A stretch of DNA of 64,000 nt from Sphagnum compactum (lineage: Eukaryota). Location: contig OZ234493.1 in assembly GCA_965153455.1 (NCBI GenBank), positions 7,058,213 to 7,122,212 on the forward strand, written 5' to 3'. The notes beneath the pieces are model-generated. The model was not told where the DNA came from. It did not search any database and worked only from the letters and a program-made list of their open reading frames with translations. The position numbers and the translations under genes are program-made. Below, piece after piece: positions 1-13,800 of the stretch (the first letter of the stretch is position 1; the number at the start of each line of letters is the position of its first letter).

Positions 1-3000
1 TTTTAAAGAAACATTGGAGTTCTTCGTCTACACTAACTAATAAGGAGGACATACTCAAAAGATAATTGAAAATAAAATAGGGCTTTTTAATTTTAACTTT
101 GCTTAAATAACTTGCTTTTTTGTTGGTTTTTTTGGCAAGAATGCAAAGTGCACAAGAGTAATAGGAATTTTCAAGGTTTCCCCTTTGGAGGGTTTATAAT
201 TGCGTTTGGATTTCTCATGGTGATCTTTGTGCATTATATTCTTGTTAGGTTAAGGGTTTATTTATGAGTAGTTGCATACTCTTTAATGTTACAAATTGAC
301 CCCCATAACCAATGGTTATATTTGTTTGTATGATGTTATTATGTGAAAACAAGTTCAACCCAATTCCTAAACCAAACATTGCATTTGCCAAGATTGCTTG
401 GAATTTTTTTTAAATGTCACAAAACACACCCATGTAACCATATGCTCAAATTAAAAACACAATTTTCTCCACCATTTATTTTTTCAATTATATGCATTAA
501 AATGTGTTTGGTCATCTCCCATCACCAAACATAACCAAACATAAGGCTAGGTCATTTTTAAAATATTGGCCTTTGCTCACCCCCATAACCACACAAAAAG
601 TCACATTTTGTTCGAATGTTGCAAAAGAACAAATTTTTTTAAAAAAAAAGATCAATTGTTTAGTCATACAAACTATTTTCAACACTAGAATTAAATGTGT
701 ATGACCATTCATCGACGATGGTCTGCATTAATTTAACATGTGGTTATCAGTTTATGTTTCATGAAAGGCATGTTTATTTTAATAGTTCTAAATTACAAAC
801 TATAGCCTAATTGTTTTTATTTATTTCATAAAATTTGGTAGGTAAGCCCGAGTCTACATGCTGTAACAGGCCATTTACCTAATCTTAGCTCCTAATTAGG
901 CTCAAGGTAACTAGGGTAGATAAGTTGGTGGCAAACACTTAAGTGCTAGAAGAGTTGGCATCTGCTCTCCCATCACTTTCAACCTTGGAGCTCAATATCC
1001 CACTTCAGTGTGAAAACATCCTCCCAAGTGCAATTAATGTGTACCCTATTATCAAACATGCCAAACTTATGAAAGTGGAAAGAAAATTGCATCACCAAAT
1101 AGAAGCAAGACCCTTGATGTTCACAATTTTGTTTCAGTTTTTACACCCCCACACCCGTGACCAATCTTTATGGGACAACCCCCAATAACCTTTTTGACGT
1201 GTGTGTAGGGAAAAACCCCTCATCAAAGGGTGTCCCCACCCCTTATCATTTTTGTAAAAAAATTACAAACTCATTCCCAACGCCAATCATGGGGGACACA
1301 TTCCAAACATTATCAAACACTATTAGGCAAGTGGCTAAACACAAAATATCCATCCCTAAACTTTGAAGGAAAAAAAGTTGTCCATTAATTTGTTTGAATT
1401 TAAGGATGATTCTAAATTGCTACCCACTTGCCAACAATTCACCATATGTGACCTTAAACAATGTCCAACATTTTTTGTGGATAAGTATGGATGAAAGCAG
1501 GAACTTTAATTTAGGTGTGTGGCAGATGATGCCAAAGCTGTTGTGCTTCAAGAACGCCAAAAGTCCAATTACTTGTTTTCTATTTTTGGCTTTGTTTTGT
1601 TGTTTTGTAGGTTATTGTGTTTAATGTTGTTTTTCAATGGAACGACTTTGGTGAGCTAGTTTCGGTGATGGAGCGGAATCCTTGCTGCTCAATTGACAAT
1701 CTTGACGAGGAATGTGAGTCACGATTCTTGGAAATGATTGGTGCTGAGCTTTCAAAGGAACAGAAGGATGTGGACGAAAAAAATCTACATGAAGCTGGCT
1801 GAAGAGGAGGAAGGCAGGCAATTTTCTTTTGGGAGTGTGGGAGAAACTAAGTTCCAATTCTTTTACTTATGAAGTGTGGAATTTGTTTGGATTTTTAGAA
1901 TAATCAGTTGGGGACGAAAGTCCCTCTGGACTTCTTCTTCTCTTGAACTTGGCGCTTGATTTTCCATTGTGCCATGAGTGTCAGGAAGGGAGTAGGAGGT
2001 CTAGAGTTTGCATTTTTAGGGACCAGATCAAGAAAAATGATGAAAGAGTTTAGGATTTCATGAGTGGTTGTAGTGGCAGTCATCATATGTGTTAAGTTTT
2101 TGGGTGGTTTTAGTGTGAATGTGTAGGGTTCATTATGAATGTGGAGGGTTTTGAATGTTCATTATGAGAAGAGAGTACCTGTGATATTGTGAGAGCTCCA
2201 AGGATTTTGGAACAAGAGGATACTATGAAGTTTAGACAATCACAACTACCTACTCTGTTTTTAACCTCTGTCCAACTTCTTAGTGAAACTACATGATGAT
2301 GTTGGGGTAGCATTTGTGAGGTTTTTGTTGTTGCATGATGGGCTGCCACACTCATCAACAACCAGTTGGCTCCTCGAGAGGAAATCAAGAGAAGTATGAT
2401 CCTTTGCAGTCCATAGAGCTAGAATTATAAAGTTTGTTTGATTGGGAGGATTTAGGTTTAGTAACAATATTTGTTATAACCTTCTTTCTACTCCTTGGAA
2501 ATTTCCAAAAAACTTTGGTGGACTTGCATTCAAAATGTTAAGGATTATCATCTCAAAATCACCTCCCCTTCTTTTTGTCACACATAGACATTCTTCTGGG
2601 TGGTCCAGGTGTTCACTCACTAGCCAAGCAACTACTGATCGATAATGGGTGGTTATACTTAATGCAAAATCTGTAACTGTCCTTGAGTACAATTTAAAAT
2701 GAAGAAAGTTTCATAGGTAAGAATCTTCAGGAAATTCATCTGCACAGGGTTTAGGGTTTAGGGTCTGACTGAAATAAGCAACCAATTACACTTCCGCATG
2801 GTTGGGATTCACCAAACATGCCAGGTATCAATGTGAGAAACCCTTTTTGTGAGGTTTTTCTGTCCTCAGTCTAAAACAGAAGCCCACAGAAAACTTGCAT
2901 TAATCCATAATCCACAACATGAAATTGGCAGCTTGTTGAATTGCATGGCTGATGGCTGGGTTCGATCGCTTTCAATATCTTCCTCCAAAAAACACTTGTA

Positions 3001-3907
3001 ACCACAAGCAAACTATAATATTTAAAATCCCACAAGATTGCATCATCTCAGTTGTCCCCAAAACTCAATTGTGTATCTCCACATGAGAATATTAAAGCAA
3101 GACTTTTGACCATGCTTCGTGAATTGTAGAATGTAACTAGCAGTCTTATCAAAGTCTGATCTAAGTTCTTCATAAGAACAAATTTTTTTTTTGGGGAAGT
3201 CAACCTTATAGTTGGAGACATATATAGAGTGCTATTGAACATTAAAAGAAAAAGATATCCAAAACACACCCAGTAAGTAATGAGATTGCATCAAATGGAT
3301 AGCAAGCATCAACTCCATTGGGTATAGGCAGAACATCTGTTGGAAGGACTAGAAAACGTCTTATCCATTAAGTGAAGGACTTGTGATTTACTTGGGATGC
3401 AGAACACACTTCAGGTGCTGGAAAACATGAAACCATTGGTTGGACCACAACTTTAAGCTCAGGCAAATACTTGCACAAGAATGTTTACAGGCAGTACAGT
3501 AGACATGCTTGATACATTGCTGGAAAGAGCACAACCCATGTATGAAGAATTCTGCTTCCAGGTCCAATGCAAATAATTAGTTCACAAAATCAGTCATTGT
3601 TCAAAATTCAGAAGATAAAAATTGACCTCAAGTGTAACATATCAGCACCAGAGCTATAATTGCTCCATCCCTACAAAACATCTGTCCCACTTGAAAAATC
3701 TGACATCATGTTGAGAAATCCCCCAGCCATAGAAAGAAGACCCTGAGTTTTACTGAACATCAACTAGCCAACCACCACCTCAGTAAGCAAATTATAGGCC
3801 AAGGAAAAGACAGCATACAATCAAGCCAGAACTCAATATGTACCAACTTACTCTCCAGATCTGGACAGTTGTTGACAACAGTTGGTGCCACATAGAGAGA
3901 TATAACT

Positions 3908-5343
3908 TTAAGCCTGGGCCTTTGCAGCCAGCTTCTCCTTCGACTTCTGGATCTTCAACACCTTCTTAACAATCTTCTGCTCTTCCACTAGGAAAGCTCG
4001 AATGATCCTGTAACAATCCCATGCATTCAAAAAAGTTTATTTGCAACAGAGGACTAGCAGCAACAGACAATAAATGACCCAAGTAAAACTTTGGGACACC
4101 TGGTATGTAACCTACTATCTCAATCCTATGAAATCAGCATTCTGCGAATAGGAACTAGCATGTCCACAAATCATATAGGATCAAAAAATATGCAGCCCAC
4201 AGACTCTTGATTGAACCCCACAGAACAACCCTTCAACCTGCACTTCAAAGGGAAAACCCTGAACATACCGTTCACGTACTGCAGAACCGGACATGTTCCC
4301 TCCATAAGCTCTGTTAACAGTCTTCCGGTGGCGATGAAGCCGAGAAGTCTTGTACTCAGTAGGCCTCAAATGAGGAATCTGTAACAACAAATGAGTATAT
4401 AAGCATGACTACAATAAGTCCAAAAAATCTTACTTAAGCCTCAGTTCTCCAATCCTGAAAGAATCCAAGGAGTGCTGAAGGAACTCATACAAACAACTAA
4501 CATGATGAAATGGTGGCAAACCCTCGCTGAAGCTAGAGGAAAAAATATTTATGAGATTGCAGGGAAAACTATACAAGGAAACTTTAAAGCTGAACCATTT
4601 ATGGCCGTTCCAACAATACCACAAATAGACTCACGCTCTTCTCTAGAATGAGTGCTAGAGAAAACCGCATGACAGTGAAGGGTGGGGAAGAAACCCTAGC
4701 ATTAAGAAAAAGTTCAAGTTTGAGAAAGAGGACAAATAGTGATGGGAACTGAACACCTTATACAGGTGAGGAAATGGATTTTAATAAGATCTTCAAGCTC
4801 TCCGTTATGCTAAGGATGACCCAGAAGATGAAAACATCTATCAGCATATCAGAACATCCCCGACAGTTGTAGTGCATTTCACATGGAAGAATGCTGCGTG
4901 AAGGAGCCCAAACGTACCCCAGCAATTCGCTTCCCAGTGATGGAGCACTTGGGGCCCTTTGCCCGCTTCTTGGCTGTCTGGAACACAGATTTCCCACCTG
5001 CATCGCATCAAGTCAAAAGTCTAGTGAGTGAGATGCAAACGTCCTTAACTTCCATTCTACTCGGAACATGCCACCGCGGTTGCAGCGAATTTTTCTCTCG
5101 CTCTTTCTCTGTGGTACACTCCTGACAGAAAGACACCGAGTTTTTCTCCATTCTTCATTCCCTGTCTTCCTCATACCGTTTCCCCCCCTTTACTCGACCT
5201 ATGTTTCACTACAATTCATTCCGCGAGAAAGAAAAAACCAGGACGGAAGGAGAAAGGTTCTCACCAGGGGTTTTGACAACTCGCGTCTGGTTCGACTTGG
5301 TGGCGTAACAGTGGCGCCTGCGGTACGTGAGCCTCTGCACCAT
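3908..5343 (-). CDS. RPL34: 60S ribosomal protein L34 (eL34), 4 exons, 122 aa
   Basis: Exons 5343-5265, 4997-4918, 4378-4269 and 4007-3908 have GT-AG boundaries with consistent phases (369 nt). They join to [80 protein letters not shown]...[33 protein letters not shown], a typical plant L34. Confidence 0.97.
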
Positions 5344-5469
5344 GATGAGAAAAAGCCCGCTAGGCCCACTCCTCCACACAAACAGCGATTGACGATGGTG
5401 GAGAAGCAAAGCGCATGCGACAGCAACCACAAAAGAAGACCGACTCTTGCTTGCTCTCCACCGTCCCCC

Positions 5470-5478
5470 AAACCCTAA
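5470..5478 (+). promoter_or_regulatory. telo-box (AAACCCTAA) upstream of RPL34; site-II-like GGCCCA at 5363-5368
   Basis: The motif lies ~130 nt upstream of the ATG. Telo-box plus site II is a known arrangement in plant ribosomal-protein promoters. Confidence 0.6.
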
Positions 5479-5801
5479 ATGACTGTGCCCTAGAGCTGCC
5501 GCCATCGCACCCAGTAAACTGTCAGCCCTAGATCCAACGCTCTAAAATCAGTAACCACCTTCATCCACTCGTACCAATATTTTACCGAACTAAAGACGGG
5601 CACAATCGATGAATAATTCCTCCGAATCCGTCGACATATCCTCAAGTTCCTCATTGTGGATGAATGTGACCCCCTCAACTTCATTTCTAGGGTCTTCCCT
5701 GCAACTAGGCTCTTCCTTGCATGTTTTTGAATTTTAGGCTTGTTAGAGTTTGTGATGGTCTTTTTAGGGTTTGGTGGAGGTTAAGGGTTTTGGCGATCGT
5801 C

Positions 5802-6166
5802 GAAGAGAAGAGGTGGAGTTTGTTTTTGCAAAATGCAAGCTTGTTTTAGGGTTAGGTGAAGGCAATAAATCTTTGAAGAGAAGAGGTGGAGTTTGTTTTC
5901 GCAAAATGCAAGCTTGTTTTAGGGTTAGGTGAAGGCAATAAATCTTTGAAGAGAAGAGGTGGAGTTTGTTTTTGCAAAATGCAAGCTTGTTTTAGGGTTA
6001 GGTGAAGGCAATAAATCTTTGAAGAGAAGAGGTGGAGTTTGTTTTTGCAAAATGCAAGCTTGTTTTAGGGTTAGGTGAAGGCAATAAATCTTTGAAGAGA
6101 AGAGGTGGAGTTTGTTTTTGCAAAATGCAAGCTTGTTTTGGGGTTAGGTGAAGGCAATAAATCTTT
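5802..6166. repeat. minisatellite, 5 x 73 bp, near-identical units
   Basis: Unit gaagagaagaggtggagtttgtttttgcaaaatgcaagcttgttttagggttaggtgaaggcaataaatcttt starts at 5802, 5875, 5948, 6021 and 6094. Only isolated substitutions, no spacers. Confidence 0.97.
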
Positions 6167-7519
6167 GTTGTGTTGGAAGACAAAAAGGTGGGGTTTTGTG
6201 TTTGTTCATATTGTTGTGTTGTATTTTTGGTGTAGCCATTTGGGATTGACACAAATTTACATAAGGTTGTTTGCATTGTTCTTTCAGGCATGTTTATTTT
6301 TTTCTTTTTTTTAATAATTGTGTTTATGTGAGGTCTATTTTAAAAAAGACTTTTGTGTTTTTGATTTGGTGTGTTGTCAGTTTACTTTTTCTTTTTTTTG
6401 GTGTGTGGTGTCTTTGGAGTTTTTTTTTTTTCTACTTACAATTTTCATTTAATTCCCTCATTTGTACCACCTCTTAATTGGTTTCACTATTTTATTATAG
6501 TGTGTTTTTTCTAGTTTTTGAAGAAAGTTATTTAGTGAGTTTCCTTCCTTTTGCTATGACTATTGGGAGAGATGAAAAAGCGCAGATCGAATCGTGTTGA
6601 AGGCAACAAAAAGTTTGGTGTGCTTTCTCTTGTTTTTTTCCTCATTTTTCTCATCACAAATTCCTTGAATTTTTCTTTCTTGGATCAAAATTTAATGATC
6701 TGCTTTACGTAGCCCTACTTTCTAAATATGTTAATGGTTTGTAGGAATAAGAAGGATTAAAAGAATGTGATCATGTGAGTTAGACGGTCGGATTTCATGA
6801 AAAAACCTCCACACTTTTCAAAAGGAAGAACATCCCTTGTTTTTTTCTTTTGCAAACATCATATCCATGAATAAAATATTATTTGAACCCCTTTTGTGAA
6901 TTTGTTGACATGCCTAAATGTAGTTTGACATTCAAAAAAAATGATTTAAAAGATTAATGTTTTTGTCTTTGTAATTGAGATTTTTTCTTCTTAATATATT
7001 CTTGACCAATCTCTAACAATGTTGCTTGCATCATTTTTGCTTAGAGCACATTGAATACTTTGTTTTGCTTAATTACTTGTTATATTAGGTTTTTGTTTTT
7101 GCTAAAATTGACGAAATGATTACTTTCAACTTCTTGTCATTGAAAGAATTTTTTTTCTATAAACCTCATAGACATATATGATGTTTATATTTCTTCTACC
7201 TTTTTTCTAGGTTTTTGATGATTGATTTTTGCAAAGAAAATATTGTTTCACATCTCCAGTATCACCAATCATTCTGCAAAATTGATCATATACAAATAAG
7301 GATTGTTTGGTTTTTATTATTTTATTTTTTCTAGCATCAAGGTATATTTATTTGGGTTGATGGGTTTAGACTCAAAAATAATTTTTTTGAAATGAGTGGT
7401 GGGTTTGCAAATAGAATTTTGAATTTTTATGTTATAACCTATATTTTTTTTGAAATTTTAATAAAAATTCTTTGAATTTTAAGAAGCTATTGTTAGATAT
7501 TTCTTTTACTCAAAACTTT

Positions 7520-10110
7520 GGTCTTTGTGTTTGGTTCATGTCAGATTATATCATTTAAGACAAAGGAGATTATAACTTCTAATGAAACACAAATGATTGT
7601 TTATCCCGCATATAAAACCTTGTATCACAATAATTTTATCAATTGCGGAAAAAACTTGAAAAACTCGTTAGGAAGAGGGCAAATCCAATATAATCACTAG
7701 AAATGTTACAAGCAATGTGCATGCATGAAGAGGATTGGGTGCACAAAGTTGAAATCCTAATGCCCAAACATGACATCACAAAAGAAGATGAAGATGAAGA
7801 GGGTCCTATGTTCTAATTGGAGCCGGTGGAGGAGCACGTAAAATCACTAAAATTATTGCAAATAGTCTGTATGCATAGAAAGGATAGGGTGCACAAAGTT
7901 GAAATCCTGCTGCCCAAACAAAATGCCATGAAAGAGGATGAAGATGTAGAGGGTCATGTGTTCTAATCAAAGTTAGTGGAGGAGCATCAAAAGTTGTTCA
8001 AATTCAACCCAGTGGACGAGTGTGAAGAGATCCAGGATGTTGCACAATACCTAGTGGATGAATGCAAAGAAAATCGTAATCCTATTCTTATAGTGTGCAA
8101 AGAGGCTCTTGTTGAAACCCTCTTGGCAACAATTGAAACATTTGGTCTATTTAAAGTTTTTAGAAAAAATGTTTTCACAAATTACCATAAAGATGTTATT
8201 CTGAAAGAAACTTTCAAATGATTATTAAAAGATGGTGAAAATGGTCGCATGGATTGGATAGAAATAAAAAAATTCAAACTAGTGTTTCAAAAATATTTCT
8301 AACAAACAAATGTGAAACGTTTTCCAAGAAATGAAGTAAACTTGCATGGAAAAAAAGTTGTTGTTGGTGCAAAATCCAACATTACCTAAGGATACATGTA
8401 GCATGGGTTTTTTTTCTTAGCTCATGTTAGATTATATCATTCAAGACAAAGGATATTACAACATAAAATGACACATAGATGGCCATTTATCTATATCTAC
8501 AGGAAATGGTTGTTTATCCTACATAGGAAACCTTGTGTCATGGTAATTCAAAAAAAAATTCCACATTTTCAAAAAAAGATAAGTAGTCTAAAGTGGGAAT
8601 GACATTACAATATAACCATGGCGCGAAACTAGCAAGACCATCTAGTAGTATGGGTCTTCTTCTTGTGTCTAGAAGTCAATCATGTTTTCTTTGTGTGTGA
8701 CAAGAATTAGAATGCCAAAAAAAATATGGATGCCTCCTTGTCTTACAATTCCTTGTCGTTGTTGACAACAAATTCGATTGTTTAGCAACATCATCTTCAC
8801 CATTGAAGTTTTTCATCTGTAGAAGAAACTTGATAAAAAGATGAAAAATATGGTAGAATCACCAAAAATATTGCGAACAACATGCATGCATGAAGAGGAT
8901 CAAATGCATGAAGTTGAAATCTCAATGCATGAATAAAATGCCACATAGGAAAATGAATATGAAGAGGGTTGTGTGTTACAATCGAAGTCAGTGGAGGAGC
9001 ATGTAAAATCAGTGGAAATATTGCGAGTAGCATGCATGCATGAAGAAGATTGGGTGCTTGAAGTCGTTGCGATGGAAGAATGCAAAGTTGAAATCTTGAT
9101 GCTCGAACAAGACTTTGCAGAGGAGATGAAGATGAAAAAGGTCATATGTCCAATCAAAGTTAGTCGAGGAGCACATAAAATCACTAGAAATATTATGAAT
9201 AATGTGCATGCATGAAAAAAATCGAATGCTCAAAATAGTTGTGATGGAAAAGCACAAAGTTGAAATCATGATGCCCGAACAAGATGCTATAAAAAAGGAT
9301 GAAGATGAAGAGGGTCTTGTGTTCTAATTGGATCCAATGGGGGAATGTGTAAAATCATAAAAAATATTTCAAGTAGCATGCATGCATGAAGAGGGTTGGC
9401 TCTTCAAAGTAGTTACAATGGAAGAACATGAAGTTGAAATCTTGATGCCTGAACATGACAATATAGAGGTCCAAGGAAAATGAAGATGAAAAAGGTCGTG
9501 TGTTCCAATTAGAGCCAGTGGAGGAGCATGTAGAATCACTAGAAATGTTGCGAGTAGCATGCATGCATGAAGAGGATCAATTGTTCGAAGTAGTTGCCAT
9601 GGAAGAGCATAAAGTTGAAATTCCAATGCCTAAATATATAGGATGCCATGGAGGAGGATGAAGATGAAAAAGGTCTTGTGCTCCAATTGGAGCTGATAGA
9701 GGAGTGTGAAGAGGTGCTCAAATTAAACTAAATGGACGAACATGAAGAGATTTAGGATCCTACACCAAACCCAGTGGATGAACATAAAGAAAATTGAAAT
9801 CCTATTTTTGCAGTGTGCAAGGAAGCTCCTATTGAAACCCTCTTGGTGGTGGCTAAAACATTGTGTATCTAAAGTTTTTAGAAAAAAGGTTTTCACAAAA
9901 CACCAGAAATATGTTATTCTAATAAAAGTTTTCAAACACTTGTCAATAAGTGGTAAAAATTGTCGCATGGATTGGATTGAAATCAACCAAAAAAAAATCA
10001 TGTTTCAGAATTTTTTCTAACAAACAAATGTGAGACATTTTCTAAAAGATGAAACAAACTAGCATTAAAAAAAAGTCATTGCTAGTGCAAAATCCATCAC
10101 CATGTGAAGA
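7520..10110 (+). repeat. duplicated decayed coding module containing degenerate ~150-180 bp tandem repeats (probable Helitron accessory ORF)
   Basis: Modules ~7520-8400 and ~8410-10110 share start and end segments. The recurrent unit tgcatgcatgaagag...aagttgaaatc...gatgaagatgaag...ggaggagcatgtaaaatca is seen near 7830, 7978, 8993, 9166, 9340, 9521 and 9698. Confidence 0.8.
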
Positions 10111-10899
10111 TATAAGCAACTTGTAAGTCCATGGTTTCCAGTTGAATGTTCAAAATGTGTCAAATGCACTAAAATATACATGACAACATCATTTTGTTAT
10201 TTGCATTGGATTTCAACTAGGAACAAGTATGTCAATTGCATGAAAGAATCATAGTTACAAGGTTTATAGATGTTGTAGGCATGTACTTGAGCATTTGAAG
10301 CAGATTAATGTTATGTTCCATGATCCATACATTGTTCGATGTACTATTTAATGATATTCCATTCATTTTTTTATTATATTTGTATTATGCAAAATTAGTG
10401 GTATATAGTATGGATGGTGTAGCTCATATGTTCATGACATGAGCACATGCAAATTCCTATGACTTATGTAAACAAGGCAAGGCCAAAGGGACACTATGTG
10501 GAAGATTATGATATGGATTGTGGTACTGATGTAAATTTTCCCTTATTTTTGATTGTTGGTTTGATCAGAATGACCATGGGGAGGTTGACAATTTATTTGA
10601 AAATGACCTTATCAATGCACAACCCAAGGTGCTTTTTCTAGACATAATATAATTTGGTTTTGAACTTTTAATGTTTGCATGCACTCCACATAATGCATCA
10701 TATTTTCATTCATCTTGGGTACAATGTTGCTCCATGTTCTTGCCCATGTTGTGAGTTCAATTTCATCATTGCGTGAATGACGCATCTTAAGGATTAACAT
10801 TGACTATAGAAAAACGTCCAAGCAAGTGGGTGTGCATATGTTGAACGCAATTCTATAGTGAGATGGAAGGCCTTCAACACAAATAAAAATTTGTAGATA

Positions 10900-13800
10900 C
10901 AATTATGAGTTGTTTTTATTGATTATCTTTTTTGCAATAGTCTTTGTGATGCAAATACAAATATTCAATTTATTTTAGACCCATATGCAATTGCAACATA
11001 CTCCATATCATGTAAAAATAGATACATTAATCACATCATAATTACATTTTATTTGTATAAAAATGCATCACAAATATAAGAACTCAAAAATTGGGTAATT
11101 TTTAAATTAATGTTCAACAATTGATTCTTCAACTTGCCATTTATTTTGTGTTTATTTTTACGATTATATCATTCATCTCGAACATTTAAATTTATCAACA
11201 CTTCTCATTTAAAATAATGCACTTTTGTGTTAAATCCATAAGTTATATGAAATCAATTGGAACCAAATTCAATTGATATAACATGATCATCAATCATAAA
11301 TAAATACATTAATCATCTTAGTCATTTTGAATCATTGTCATTATCAAAAACAATTAATTTATAACATTAAAAAGATCTTAAAATGACACAAACCCCAAAT
11401 TACTAGGTTTGTAAATTATAATAAATATAAAGATATTGAAAATTGGTCAAGATTTTTTTAAATATTATATTCACCATTTAGAAACTTCACAACTTGGAAC
11501 TAATGAAACATGGAATGATGAATATTGTCAATTGCATGTGACATTTCTAAGATCAAATCTATTTTTAATCACAAAATGCCATATCCAAATATAGAGGAAA
11601 AAGATGGTTCAATTTATTTCAAATCAAAAGCATCGCATCTAATTAATATTTGGAATGACAACATAGACAATGAGATAAATGACTTACACCATGTGATTTC
11701 AATAATAAACAAAATCAATATTGAACGAAATAATGTTTTTATCTAATATTGTGATTTAATCACATAATGGATTAAACCGAAATGTGCAAACATTAGAATT
11801 ATTTTTTTCACAAAATCATCATATTGCATGATGATGAAAGAATATCATAATTTAGTTAGACAATTAAATGAAGAACAAAGACTATTATTTGAAATGATTA
11901 CACATAGGAAAATAATGAAATAAAATCATTGATTTTAATTTTTTTGACATGGGGTGTTGGAATAGGTAAAGCTTTTACATTGAAAATTATAATTCAAGGA
12001 ATATTATGATTGTACAATAAAAGCATGTCTTTAACTTTTAAAAACCAAAGCTTTATTCATAAGGTCCATAGGTAAAGTTGCATTCAATATTGATGGTTTA
12101 ATACATTTAGTGTTGAACATACCTATTCAACAATCCTTATTTAGTTTGTTAAATTTATCATTAGACACATTGAATAGGGTTGATATGAACAATTGTAAGC
12201 TTTTGTGATAGATGACACACAATTTTTATCAAGTGCCCCCTATGAAAGATAGTAAGATATTTCAAAATGTTATGAATTAAATGTAATTAGGTGACAATTC
12301 AATATGATTTTCATACAAACCTTGAATAAATTTTGTACAATAATATAAAGGATGAAATATATTAAATTTAAAAATTCAATTTGTTATCAACAACCACGCA
12401 ATGATCTTATTATTCCATTTTTAAAAATAAAAATAAACAAGTGCAAACATAATGAAAATGTGTTTACTAATACATCAAGTCTCCCATTTATTTTCAAAGC
12501 TATGGGCATTAATTGCCCATCATGCTTGCCCATTTTACAAACTTTCAAATGATTCAAGAAAAATTTCAAGTTTGCATTTAATTATTCATTTAAAAAAAGA
12601 TATGTTAGTTGAATTATGTGATAGTAATTATGCAACATCTGATGGTCTTGTGAATGGAATTGATGACACATTTAAAGCATCAACAACCTATAATGAAAAA
12701 ATCATAATATGGATACTAATGTTTCAAAACTCCAAAATTGGAACATTAACAAAAAAATAAATCAATCATAATTATGATAACCACATTAAATCAAAATGGA
12801 CATTAGTTAAACTTATCATCAAAGATATAAAAGTTGGTAAGCTCAATCATTTATTACAACAATTCATTTTTCAATTCAATTTGTAACAACAAGAACTATC
12901 CACTATTCCCAAGGATTGTCACTAGATGAATTAATTTTTTATTGTACTAATGTTTAAAAACATGAATTAACATATATAATTGTATCCTACATTCCAATTA
13001 AAATTATTGGCTATTCTTCAACATCAAAACTTTATGTGGATTCAAATGTGTATATAGAATTGAAAAGATTAAAAACAATGGTGTCATGTATTTGTTACAA
13101 GACATTAATTTCTTGTAGTTTGTTACTTGTGGTTGGAATCCAATTCAGTGTGAATAGGTTTCTGATTTTTTTAAAAAATGTTTGAAGGGGTTTATCCCCA
13201 TGGTATGGCTTTACAATTTCATCTTTCATGTTTTGAGATTTCAAAGCACATAGGAGAAACATGTTTGTGTTTTGTGTGTTGTTGAATTTAGATTCTTGTG
13301 GGTTATAGGCGAGTTTTCTTGGATGTTGTGTGCATGTTTTCATGTGCATGACTTTTTTAGTTTCGATAATGTTGGGCATTGATTTTGTAGCACACAATAA
13401 TGGTGATGTGAATATCATTCATTTATCAATTAAAAATTTAAATTATTTTCATTTAATTATACAAACCTTGAATACAACTTTTTTATGCAACATTATGAAG
13501 ACATCAATAATGACCACAACCTTTGAATGTTTCACATCTTATGTCTTATAGAAACAAAAATATGCCACAAATCAATTGATGTGCACAAATTTATAAATGC
13601 ATTGAAATATTCATATGTTTCAATCCATGATGATCATGGGTTAAAAATGATGTTTTAAATGCACATGCAGTTGAATTCATTCAACACAACAATTAATCAT
13701 GGTTCATAATAAATAATGACAACTTTTAATATTAATACATGAAAAAAAATACATATTGCATTTGTGTATAAAACTCATTCATGTTTAGTGTTTATGTTAT

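Noticed and set aside
1..2700. Retroelement remnants
   Set aside because: Looks like decayed repeat DNA, but no diagnostic motif or terminus could be supported.
4379..4917. Intronic box C/D snoRNA in RPL34
   Set aside because: The ATGATGA...CTGA near 4502-4530 is antisense to the gene and too closely spaced. No sense-strand C/D pair was found.
5802..6166. CRISPR array
   Set aside because: Units are contiguous and near-identical with no unique spacers, there are no cas genes, and the context is eukaryotic.
8610..8650. Second Helitron 3' end (ccatctag)
   Set aside because: No convincing hairpin and no matching 5' end.
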